64,000 bases of DNA from Bacillales bacterium UBA4278 (lineage in GTDB: Bacteria; Bacillota_I; Bacilli_A; RFN20; CAG-826): positions 394 to 64,393 of the forward strand of contig DGVS01000005.1 in NCBI GenBank assembly GCA_002395065.1. Direction: 5' to 3'. The notes under the pieces are model-generated. The model was not told where the DNA came from, did no database searches, and was given only the letters and a program-made list of their open reading frames with translations. Positions 1 to 7,343 of the stretch are shown piece after piece. The position numbers were made by a program, and so were the translations under genes. Every line of letters starts with the position of its first letter. Position 1 is the first letter of the stretch.

Positions 1-200
1 TCTCATACAAAAAAATGTGGGTTCTTCTTATTGAAAAAGGGATATCTCCTGTCGATTTAAGAAAAGACCTTAATATCGCTACAGGTACAATGACTAAATT
101 AAGAAGAAATGAAGAAGTTGCATTATCGGTATTGCTTCGAATTTGCGAATACCTTGATTGCAACATCGGTGATGTTTGTGATTTTGTTAAAAAAGACTAG
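1..200 (+). CDS. XRE/Cro-C1-type helix-turn-helix regulator, possibly 5'-truncated by the window edge
   Basis: ORF 15..200, with the frame open back to base 3. GISPVDLRKDLNIATGTMTKLRRNE...LLRICEYLDCNIGDVCDF fits the short XRE/HTH_26 pattern. Only 3 residues precede the first helix if the M at 15 is used as the start. Confidence 0.7.
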   Translation, partial: SYKKMWVLLIEKGISPVDLRKDLNIATGTMTKLRRNEEVALSVLLRICEYLDCNIGDVCDFVKKD

Positions 201-216
201 TAAAGGAGATTAAATT

Positions 217-1062
217 ATGTACTGTCCAAACTGCGGAAAAAAGTTAGATGATGACGCTTTGTTTTGCGATGAATGTGGAACAAAAATCGAAAGACAAACA
301 CCATCTGCCGAACCTACACAAAAAGTTCAAGAAACTCCTGTGGTTGAAGAAGAACCAGCAAAAGAAGTAATTAGAACTGAGCCTGTGGAAAAAAATCAAC
401 CTGAGCAAAGGAAAGCAAACCTAAAAGAAGGACGCTTACATAAATGTCCCAATTGTGGGGAACTAATAAGCTTTGACGATGTTAAATGTCCTTCTTGCGG
501 ATATGAAATTAGAGATAGAGAAGTTAACGCTTCTGTTCAAAGTCTATTTGATAAAGTTTTAGCTACAGATGATTTAGATAAAAAAATAGAGTTAATCAAA
601 ACTTTCCCGATTCCTAATACTAGAGAAGATATTCTTGAGTTCATGCTATTAGCAAAGTCCAATTTTGACGCTAAATACTATGCAACCAACAAAAATGTTG
701 ATAGCGTCTCTAGTGCTTGGTTATCAAAAATCGATCAATGCTATGCAAAAGCAAAAATTTTGCTCCGTGATAAAAGAGATTTAGACACCATAGAAGATAT
801 ATACTCGGGAATTCATAAAGAAACTAAGAACATTCAAAGAAGCAAACTTCTTATGATTATTGGTGGCTTTGTCGCAATCATCGCTTCTGTTATTTGTATC
901 GTTACATTTAATGTAGAAGGCAACACCCTTTTATCGCTGCTGTTTATCGCGTTGCTTGCTGCCGGTATTGTTTTGCTCGTATTTGGTTTCAAGAAGAAAA
1001 AAACTAATAAGCAATTAGAAGAAGAACGCGCTGCTAAAGCCGAAAAAAAGAATAGGAGATAA
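217..1062 (+). CDS. Double zinc-ribbon membrane protein (YdjG-like context)
   Basis: Two CxxC-x(10-13)-CxxC zinc ribbons (CPNCG..CDECG and CPNCG..CPSCG). Two C-terminal hydrophobic helices (LLMIIGGFVAIIASVICIVTF and LLSLLFIALLAAGIVLLVFGF). An AGGAG lies upstream of the ATG at 217. Confidence 0.6.
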   Translation: MYCPNCGKKLDDDALFCDECGTKIERQTPSAEPTQKVQETPVVEEEPAKEVIRTEPVEKNQPEQRKANLKEGRLHKCPNCGELISFDDVKCPSCGYEIRDREVNASVQSLFDKVLATDDLDKKIELIKTFPIPNTREDILEFMLLAKSNFDAKYYATNKNVDSVSSAWLSKIDQCYAKAKILLRDKRDLDTIEDIYSGIHKETKNIQRSKLLMIIGGFVAIIASVICIVTFNVEGNTLLSLLFIALLAAGIVLLVFGFKKKKTNKQLEEERAAKAEKKNRR

Positions 1063-1067
1063 TGTTT

Positions 1068-2381
1068 ATGAGTATTTTCGCTAAGAAAAACAAAACTGGC
1101 GGTTTAGCTGATGTAATCCGCTGTGACCAAGAGGATTATCTTATTTGGAAGTGGCATCCAAAAGGTGCTGCAGAAGGTGACCTCAAAAGAGATACTGCAA
1201 TTAGAACTAATTCGGTATTAAGGGTTAAGGATGGTGAAGTAGCTGTCTTTGTTTATAAACAAAAAGATGGTCATAACCAAGATTTCATCGTCGGTCCACA
1301 TGACGAAACAATAAAAACTAAAAACTTCCCAGTTTTGTCATCTATTATCGGCTTGTGGTACGAAAAGGACACACCATTTCAAGCTGAAGTTTTCTTTATT
1401 AACTTAGGACGTGCATTACAGGTTAAATTTGGTGTTCCGTATTTTGATATCGCTGATCCTAGATTCCCTGATTTTGAAGCACCAGTCGCTGTGCGCGGCA
1501 CACTTACTTTCAAAATTGAAGATTACGAAGCTTTCGTTAAGCATTATCAACTTGCAACGTTTGAGATGGATGACTTTAAGAAAAAAGTCACAGACGCAAT
1601 TGCTAGGTATGTAAAAGACTCAGTTGCTAAAGCGCCAGCTGAAAACGATATTCCGTTAATTCAAATCGAGTCAAAAATAGATCTTATCAATGATAAGGCT
1701 GAATTGAACGTCAAAGAGAGACTATACGAAACATTTGGCGTTACAGTCACTGGTTTTGATATTAGCGCAATTGAAATAGATAAAGAATCAGAAGGATATC
1801 AAGAGCTCAGAAACATTAGCAAAGGCATGGCTGGTAGAAAAGCTGAAATGGATATACAACATTACGAAGAATCCCTCCGCATTCAAAGAGAAGAAGGGCA
1901 ATATGCCATGCACATGGGCACTAAACAAACAAATCTTGGTGCTTATGAGACTGAGGTTAAAGGAGATGTTGGCGTTGAAAGCGCAAAAGCTCTTGGGAAA
2001 ATGGGTGAAAATGGCGCAGGCCGTATAGATATTGGCGGCGATGGTGGCCAAGGAGGAGGCGCTGGTTTTAATCCTGTCTCTTTGATGGCTGGCTTAGCTG
2101 TTGGTGGCGCTGTCGCCAAAAACATTGGTGGCACTTTAGATCAGACTATGAATGCATCTGGAAATGTGCCTCCTGCAATTCCTACTGTTACTTTCCATGT
2201 TGCAATTGATGGCAAAGCGGTTGGACCATTTGAAACTGCAAAAGTCATCGAGATGATTAATAGTGGTCAAGTTTTGAAAGATACACTAATTTGGAAACAA
2301 GGTACTCCAAACTGGGTAAAAGCTGGAGAATTGAAGGAATTTAGCGATTCGTTCCCACCAGATTTACCACCAACTAAATAG
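1068..2381 (+). CDS. SPFH/Band-7 superfamily protein of the YdjI (COG4260, 'virion core protein-like') type with a Gly-rich linker and a C-terminal GYF_2-like domain
   Basis: The N-terminus ADVIRCDQEDYLIWKWHP...VLRVKDGEVAVFVYK is typical of YdjI-type SPFH proteins. It is followed by a Gly-rich linker (GGDGGQGGGAGF). The C-terminus DGKAVGPFETAKVIEMINSGQVLKDTLIWKQGTPNWVKAGELKEF resembles GYF_2/DUF4339. The ORF opens at 1062, but the ATG at 1068 has better spacing to the AGGAG at 1054-1058. Confidence 0.65.
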   Translation: MSIFAKKNKTGGLADVIRCDQEDYLIWKWHPKGAAEGDLKRDTAIRTNSVLRVKDGEVAVFVYKQKDGHNQDFIVGPHDETIKTKNFPVLSSIIGLWYEKDTPFQAEVFFINLGRALQVKFGVPYFDIADPRFPDFEAPVAVRGTLTFKIEDYEAFVKHYQLATFEMDDFKKKVTDAIARYVKDSVAKAPAENDIPLIQIESKIDLINDKAELNVKERLYETFGVTVTGFDISAIEIDKESEGYQELRNISKGMAGRKAEMDIQHYEESLRIQREEGQYAMHMGTKQTNLGAYETEVKGDVGVESAKALGKMGENGAGRIDIGGDGGQGGGAGFNPVSLMAGLAVGGAVAKNIGGTLDQTMNASGNVPPAIPTVTFHVAIDGKAVGPFETAKVIEMINSGQVLKDTLIWKQGTPNWVKAGELKEFSDSFPPDLPPTK

Positions 2382-2397
2382 TCTTTGGAGATTAAAT

Positions 2398-2772
2398 ATG
2401 AAAAACAAAATGGTTTTTATAGGAATAAATGCACTTCTCGTTGTTACTACTGGATTAATTGTTGGATTAGTTTTTGCAGACACTATTTTTCAAGCACCAG
2501 CTGGGATCACTGCTTTTGCTTTCCTACTTACAGCCCTTGCAATCCCAAGTTTGATTTATGTTTTTAATTCAAAATTAAATACAGGTGGACGAATCATTTC
2601 ATCATTTTTCGTTATCGCAGAAGTCATATTGAATATCGTTTTTCTATGCATTCCAAAAGCAGACATTAAAATATATGCAATCATTCAATTGGCAATGATT
2701 GTGATAACGCTTGCGGCATTCCTAATAATAATAGGACTTTTTAAAGATAATAATGCAAAGGAGAGTAATTGA
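2398..2772 (+). CDS. Small ~4-TM membrane protein
   Basis: 124 aa, almost entirely hydrophobic helices. A GGAG lies 8 nt upstream. It sits 16 nt after the SPFH gene and overlaps the next gene. Confidence 0.55.
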   Translation: MKNKMVFIGINALLVVTTGLIVGLVFADTIFQAPAGITAFAFLLTALAIPSLIYVFNSKLNTGGRIISSFFVIAEVILNIVFLCIPKADIKIYAIIQLAMIVITLAAFLIIIGLFKDNNAKESN

Positions 2773-2773
2773 T

Positions 2774-3679
2774 ATGGGATTATTTGGTAAGTTTCTTGGT
2801 GCGACAAAAAACGATGCAAAAGTGGCTAAATATGAATATAAAAAGGCCAAATTAGAAACCAAAGAAAGAAAAAAAGAAGCTGCACGCAATGAAAAGCAAG
2901 GTCAAATTAAGGACATACAAGAAGGAGCTCAGCTTTCTTTAAATTATGCTAAAAATAACTATGAAAGCATGTGTGAAAAAGTTAGTTCTCTCTATAATGA
3001 AACATCAGAATTAATCACAGTAATTAATGATCTAAAATCACGTAAGCTTTCTAGAGATGAGAAGAAACAACTAGTAGAATCGCAAGAAGAAGCAACAGAA
3101 AATTTGGAATATCTTTATTTATCGAAAGATTATTTTATTTTCTTGACTAGACTAGCCAATGGAATGGCTCTTAAAAATGAGCAAATGCTACTCTTAGTAA
3201 AATTTTGTGCGTTTTTTGATGGCGTTGATGTTCTGTCGGACGAAGACGATGAAGATGTGGATGATTCTCTTTTGGCTGATTTCAAAGAAATAGGTAGAGA
3301 TTTTAAAGAGATGTTTGTATCTTCTAAGAAACAATTATCTGATTTTAATCTTCGTGATTATGTGGAAGAAAAGTATTGCGATGAAATCAATGATTTGAAA
3401 TTGCCAGAAATAGAAACTGCTCTAGATTCCTTTGAAAAACTAGCAAATAAAGAAAATACAAGCAAAGTAGAAGAACCAATTAGTGGCTCTCATCAAGAAA
3501 GTGGAAAAACTGTAGAATGCCCTAATTGTCACTGTTCCTTACCAGAGACTGCAAAGTTCTGCCCAAAATGCGGAACTAAAATAGAACCACAAGGTCCCGC
3601 CTTTTGTATGGAGTGCGGGAGTTCGTTACGTCCTGGAGCTAAGTTCTGCCCAAAATGTGGCGCAAAAATTAATAAATAG
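2774..3679 (+). CDS. Coiled-coil / acidic-block protein with two C-terminal zinc ribbons (possible PspA/ESCRT-III-like helical protein)
   Basis: The ORF opens at 2753, but AAGGAGAG at 2758-2765 favours the ATG at 2774 (MGLFGKF...). The sequence runs from a K/E-rich helical N-terminal half, through the acidic block SDEDDEDVDDSLLADF, to CPNCHC..CPKCG and CMECG..CPKCG zinc ribbons. Confidence 0.6.
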   Translation: MGLFGKFLGATKNDAKVAKYEYKKAKLETKERKKEAARNEKQGQIKDIQEGAQLSLNYAKNNYESMCEKVSSLYNETSELITVINDLKSRKLSRDEKKQLVESQEEATENLEYLYLSKDYFIFLTRLANGMALKNEQMLLLVKFCAFFDGVDVLSDEDDEDVDDSLLADFKEIGRDFKEMFVSSKKQLSDFNLRDYVEEKYCDEINDLKLPEIETALDSFEKLANKENTSKVEEPISGSHQESGKTVECPNCHCSLPETAKFCPKCGTKIEPQGPAFCMECGSSLRPGAKFCPKCGAKINK

Positions 3680-3795
3680 CTTAAGAGAAAATTCTAGATC
3701 GTTCTAATAGAAAGCTTTATTTAATTGTTGCATTGTTCATAATTTTGCGTAAAAATTGAAGTGCGAGTTCAATATTTACGAAAGGATACCTATTT

Positions 3796-5031
3796 ATGAT
3801 TGAAAGGACAATAAAAGAATCAATTCTTAAATCAATCAAAAATAAGCCAATTACTTTGATTACAGGAGCAAGGCAAGTTGGTAAGTCTACTTTATGTGGA
3901 GAAATAAAAAGAGAATTAAATTATGGATATGTGTCGCTTGATAATTTAAGAGAAAGGGAAACTGCAATTAAGGATCCTGAACTATTTCTTGCACTACATA
4001 AGGCGCCGCTTATTATTGATGAAGTGCAATATGCTCCGAAATTGTTAGATGTCATTGAATCAATTGTTAACAAAGTGAAATTTGAAGGCGGAAACAATAA
4101 AGGAATGTACATTTTAACCGGCTCTCAAATATATAGCCTAATGGAAAATGTCTCTGAATCACTTGCTGGTCGTGTTTCAATCATAGAAATGTCTCCTCTG
4201 TCACTAAGAGAAATAAGAGGATTAAAAGAAACACCTTTTGTTATTGATCCTGTTATTAATAAGGAAAGAAACGAAGAGAACCCAGTCAGTATTGATGAAC
4301 TATTTGATTATGTAGTAAGGGGTTTTTATCCAGAACTATACGATAACAAAGATTTAGATACAGATAATTTTTATTCTGATTACGTTAAAACATATATTGA
4401 AAGAGATGTTTCGCAAATTATAAACTTGAATGAAAAGCTAAAGTTCCAAAGATTTATGGAAGTTCTCGCTTCGCTGACAGGTGAAGAATTTGTCGCCAAT
4501 AATCTCGCTAAGAGTATAGGGGTTTCTTTGCATACAATAGACTCTTGGCTAAGTGTTTTGGTTGCTGGCAATATTGTCTATTTATTAGAACCATATAATG
4601 AGAATTCAACACTAAAAAGAGTTGTAAAACGTCCAAAAATCTATTTTTACGATACTGGACTAGCAGCTTATTTGGCTAGACTAAGTAATAAAGAAGTTTT
4701 AAAAAATAGTATCTTCTCTGGAAGATTTATTGAGACATTCATCATTAATGAAATAATTAAATCATATAAAAATCATAATAAGAGAACTAATTTCTATTAT
4801 TATCGTGATATTGATCAAAAGGAAATCGATTTAATTATTCTTGATGGTGGGATTCTTCATTTTATTGAATGTAAAAGCGGTATTTCATATTCAAAAAAGG
4901 ATGTTTCTGCATTTAAAACATTGGAATTAAAATCGAAATATAAAGTTGGTCCTTCAAGCATTGTTTGTTTAACGGATGTCGTTTATTCTATTGATGAGAA
5001 TATTTATGCTGTTCCTATTGGCGCTATTTGA
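3796..5031 (+). CDS. AAA+ ATPase of the AAA_14/DUF4143 family (COG1373-like)
   Basis: Walker A motif TGARQVGKST and Walker B-like LIIDEVQ. The C-terminal half has the typical DUF4143 architecture (..FYFYDTGL..). Confidence 0.8.
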   Translation: MIERTIKESILKSIKNKPITLITGARQVGKSTLCGEIKRELNYGYVSLDNLRERETAIKDPELFLALHKAPLIIDEVQYAPKLLDVIESIVNKVKFEGGNNKGMYILTGSQIYSLMENVSESLAGRVSIIEMSPLSLREIRGLKETPFVIDPVINKERNEENPVSIDELFDYVVRGFYPELYDNKDLDTDNFYSDYVKTYIERDVSQIINLNEKLKFQRFMEVLASLTGEEFVANNLAKSIGVSLHTIDSWLSVLVAGNIVYLLEPYNENSTLKRVVKRPKIYFYDTGLAAYLARLSNKEVLKNSIFSGRFIETFIINEIIKSYKNHNKRTNFYYYRDIDQKEIDLIILDGGILHFIECKSGISYSKKDVSAFKTLELKSKYKVGPSSIVCLTDVVYSIDENIYAVPIGAI

Positions 5032-5109
5032 CGATGACAAACAGTAATGTCGTTTCACTTGAAGCACTTTACTATTAACGTCATTACATTAAGGCAGAAA
5101 TCAAAAATT

Positions 5110-5130
5110 CCAGTTAAAAGCTGGTTTTTT
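5110..5130 (+). terminator. Weak rho-independent terminator candidate after the ATPase gene
   Basis: CCAG-ttaaaag-CTGG followed by TTTTTT. The stem is short. Confidence 0.35.
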
Positions 5131-5214
5131 ATGAAATAGCGCTTGAAAACCTTCTCCGAGCACTTTTTGTTTTAATTTTTAACAGACTCTTGACATAAAG
5201 TCAGATCTTCCAAA

Positions 5215-5297
5215 GTGAACAGTTTGACCGTGTTTAGTAAAACTGTTCACTGATACTGAACACTTTGATTGACTTTGGTAAAACTGTTCAGTATAAA
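5215..5297 (+). promoter_or_regulatory. Promoter (TTGACT-17-TATAAA) embedded in four copies of a TGAACAGTTT / AAACTGTTCA motif in alternating orientation
   Basis: Motif copies: GTGAACAGTTT at 5215-5225; GTAAAACTGTTCA at 5237-5249 and again at 5278-5290; ACTGAACA at 5255-5262, with its complement TGTTCAGT at 5285-5292. The -35 TTGACT is at 5269-5274 and the -10 TATAAA at 5292-5297. Confidence 0.5.
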
Positions 5298-5318
5298 AAA
5301 TGACAAAGGTGACTAACT

Positions 5319-5393
5319 ATGATTAAAAGAGAAAAATATTTACAACAAATTCGCAGATTTTACGAAACCAACATTAGCACTCTTACAGTGTAA
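5319..5393 (+). pseudogene. 24-codon remnant resembling the N-terminus of a DUF4143/AAA_14 ATPase
   Basis: MIKREKYLQQIRRFYETNISTLTV* begins like this ATPase family (MI.R.KYL..I..F) but stops before any Walker A motif. Confidence 0.4.
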
Positions 5394-5397
5394 GTGC

Positions 5398-5425
5398 TTG
5401 ACTCTCTCTCTCTCTCTATTAAAAT
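5398..5425 (+). promoter_or_regulatory. Sigma-70-like promoter TTGACT-16-TAAAAT for the downstream lipoprotein gene
   Basis: TTGACT at 5398-5403 and TAAAAT at 5420-5425. The ATG is at 5444. Confidence 0.5.
5402..5417. repeat. (CT)8 dinucleotide microsatellite
   Basis: Read directly as ctctctctctctctct. It occupies most of the spacer of the putative promoter. Confidence 0.95.
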
Positions 5426-5443
5426 ACAAGTGGAAATTTTATT

Positions 5444-6031
5444 ATGAAAAAGCCACTTCTGTTTTATCTATCTGTTTTATCTAATTGTATTTTTTTGTTA
5501 TGTGGATGTGTTTCAAAAAAGAGTACCAAACAAAGCGTAACGTTCTTTGATGGCATTTATCGATTCCAATCAATCTCGTTGAAATATGAAGACCTTCAAG
5601 AAAGAGAACAAAGACGCATTTGGTATGAAGAAGAAAGACAAATGTGGCCTGAAGATTATCCTCAAACCTTTGATGAGGCATATCCAATTCAATTATATCT
5701 TCGTGCCGGTCAGACATACAAAGTTGAAGGTAATACAACATATATTCCTGAAAACTTTATTGAATGCACGATTTCGGAAAGCGTTTTTAATTTAAACGTT
5801 CGAGCAGATTTGTTTGATCCGAATAGCAAAGCAAAATCATATCAAGGAACATTTATTTCTGATAAATCAAATTTTACTATCGAATTAACGGATTGGGTCG
5901 AATCAATATCAAATAAATTTAAATTACTTTCTGGTAGTGGGTACGTTCAAAACGGAAATCAATTTTTAAAAGCAAAGGTATACCAAGGAGTTGGATATTC
6001 TGAAGAATATGTTTTTAAAAGAGTTTCTTAA
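5444..6031 (+). CDS. Lipoprotein, unknown function
   Basis: Signal peptide MKKPLLFYLSVLSNCIFLLCGC with a lipobox-like L-C-G-C. Confidence 0.7.
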   Translation: MKKPLLFYLSVLSNCIFLLCGCVSKKSTKQSVTFFDGIYRFQSISLKYEDLQEREQRRIWYEEERQMWPEDYPQTFDEAYPIQLYLRAGQTYKVEGNTTYIPENFIECTISESVFNLNVRADLFDPNSKAKSYQGTFISDKSNFTIELTDWVESISNKFKLLSGSGYVQNGNQFLKAKVYQGVGYSEEYVFKRVS

Positions 6032-6159
6032 TTTCAAAAGAGAAAGCAAGATCAATTTGCTCAAGCTGTTAGAAGAAAATGCATTTTAGCCAAGAACCAA
6101 TCCTAAGCCAACGATCTATTAGAAAAGTACATTAAAACTTATTAAATCCAAATAAAATT

Positions 6160-6185
6160 AAGGTCATTAATTAAGGACCTTTTTA
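6160..6185. terminator. Hairpin between convergent genes, a possible bidirectional terminator
   Basis: AAGGTC (6160-6165) pairs with GACCTT (6176-6181). T-rich sequence flanks it on both strands. The hairpin straddles the stop codon of the minus-strand gene. Confidence 0.4.
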
Positions 6186-6616
6186 TTAAGAATATCTTTT
6201 ATACAAATTTGCAATTGTTCTAAAACAATATCATATTCTCCTGTGTACCAAGGATCATCAATTTCTTTGACAGAAGGAGAATATTTGCTAATTGGATAAA
6301 TATTTTTCTTGTGGTTATCCAAAAGATAGGAAAGATAGTTTAAGTTATTCTGATCCATGTAATAGATTTCATCTGCCCATTCATAATCCTCTTGAGTGAT
6401 TTGTTTAGCCTTATGAGGTGAGAATTCGATTCCGTGACGAAGCAAAGCCTTCTTCATTGGTGGATAAATATCATTGCCAATTTCTTCACGTGATGTTGCG
6501 CGAGAAATAACCGTAATTTGCTGGTTATTTTTCTCTTTTAACAGTTGTTTTGCAATGAATTCAGCCGCAACAGATCGGCAAATATTTCCATGACAAACAA
6601 AAATAATTTTTCGCAT
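6167..6616 (-). CDS. Low-molecular-weight protein-tyrosine phosphatase
   Basis: N-terminal P-loop IIFVCHGNICRS (the CX5R(S/T) motif), and a DP acid loop (IDDPWY) near the C-terminus. Confidence 0.9.
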   Translation of the reverse strand: MRKIIFVCHGNICRSVAAEFIAKQLLKEKNNQQITVISRATSREEIGNDIYPPMKKALLRHGIEFSPHKAKQITQEDYEWADEIYYMDQNNLNYLSYLLDNHKKNIYPISKYSPSVKEIDDPWYTGEYDIVLEQLQICIKDILNKKVLN

Positions 6617-6776
6617 ATTCTACATTAAATAGAATAATCAAAGTTTTATCAAGAATAACCAGCAAATTTCGGTTAAATTTACATTTATGTAATTGTCTCT
6701 ATTTTGTTAAATAAAATAAATAGATATTCACTTCTAAAATATTTGCTATAATACTTGCGAAAGGAAAAGGTACTAA

Positions 6777-7244
6777 ATGAAAAAATATTTGGTTAGCTGC
6801 ATTGCCGTTTTAACATTCGGCTTAATGTTTGCCTGGTTAGCTCTTGCTTTCTCCGTTGTTAATTTTGGTTTGGGTGAGAGTGTAACAACAGGTTACGACA
6901 TTCTTAAAGTAGGAACCGCTGAAAGTGCTCAATCTGCATATAACGCTCGTTACGTTTTTATGCTCCTTAGCTTAATCTTTGGTGGTTTATCTGTTTTAGG
7001 CGCTTGCGGTGCTGCTTTACAAGCTGCTGGCAAATTAAAAGTCAAATTCAACCTCAATATTTGTGTTGTTTGCTTACTCTGCTTAACAGCTTTAATGGCC
7101 GTTGTTGCTACAATCTGTGGTTTCTGCATTACAGTCCCAGAAGAAGTTAAAGACCTTGTGAAGATCGGCGCTGGTGTGATTATCTTCCCAGTTTGGACCG
7201 TTCTTGGCGCTGTTGCAGCATTCTTATTCAGAAAAGCTAAATAA
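6777..7244 (+). CDS. Hypothetical 4-TM membrane protein
   Basis: 155 aa with four hydrophobic helices. An AAAGG lies upstream and a terminator follows. Confidence 0.6.
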   Translation: MKKYLVSCIAVLTFGLMFAWLALAFSVVNFGLGESVTTGYDILKVGTAESAQSAYNARYVFMLLSLIFGGLSVLGACGAALQAAGKLKVKFNLNICVVCLLCLTALMAVVATICGFCITVPEEVKDLVKIGAGVIIFPVWTVLGAVAAFLFRKAK

Positions 7245-7261
7245 TTTAGTTTATCTAACCC

Positions 7262-7290
7262 GGGAGGCTCACATTTGTGGGCCTTTTTCT
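7262..7290 (+). terminator. Rho-independent terminator
   Basis: GAGGCTCAC-attt-GTGGGCCT followed by TTTTT. Confidence 0.6.
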
Positions 7291-7343
7291 TTTAAATATT
7301 CAAATAAAACAAAAATATTATTTTGTATATAATATGGTTGAAC

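Noticed and set aside
1-5450. XRE regulator, zinc-ribbon proteins and AAA ATPase considered as a prophage or integrative element
   Set aside because: No integrase, recombinase, transposase, phage structural genes or flanking direct repeats are visible in the window. The left boundary is outside the window, so a mobile origin cannot be excluded but is unsupported.
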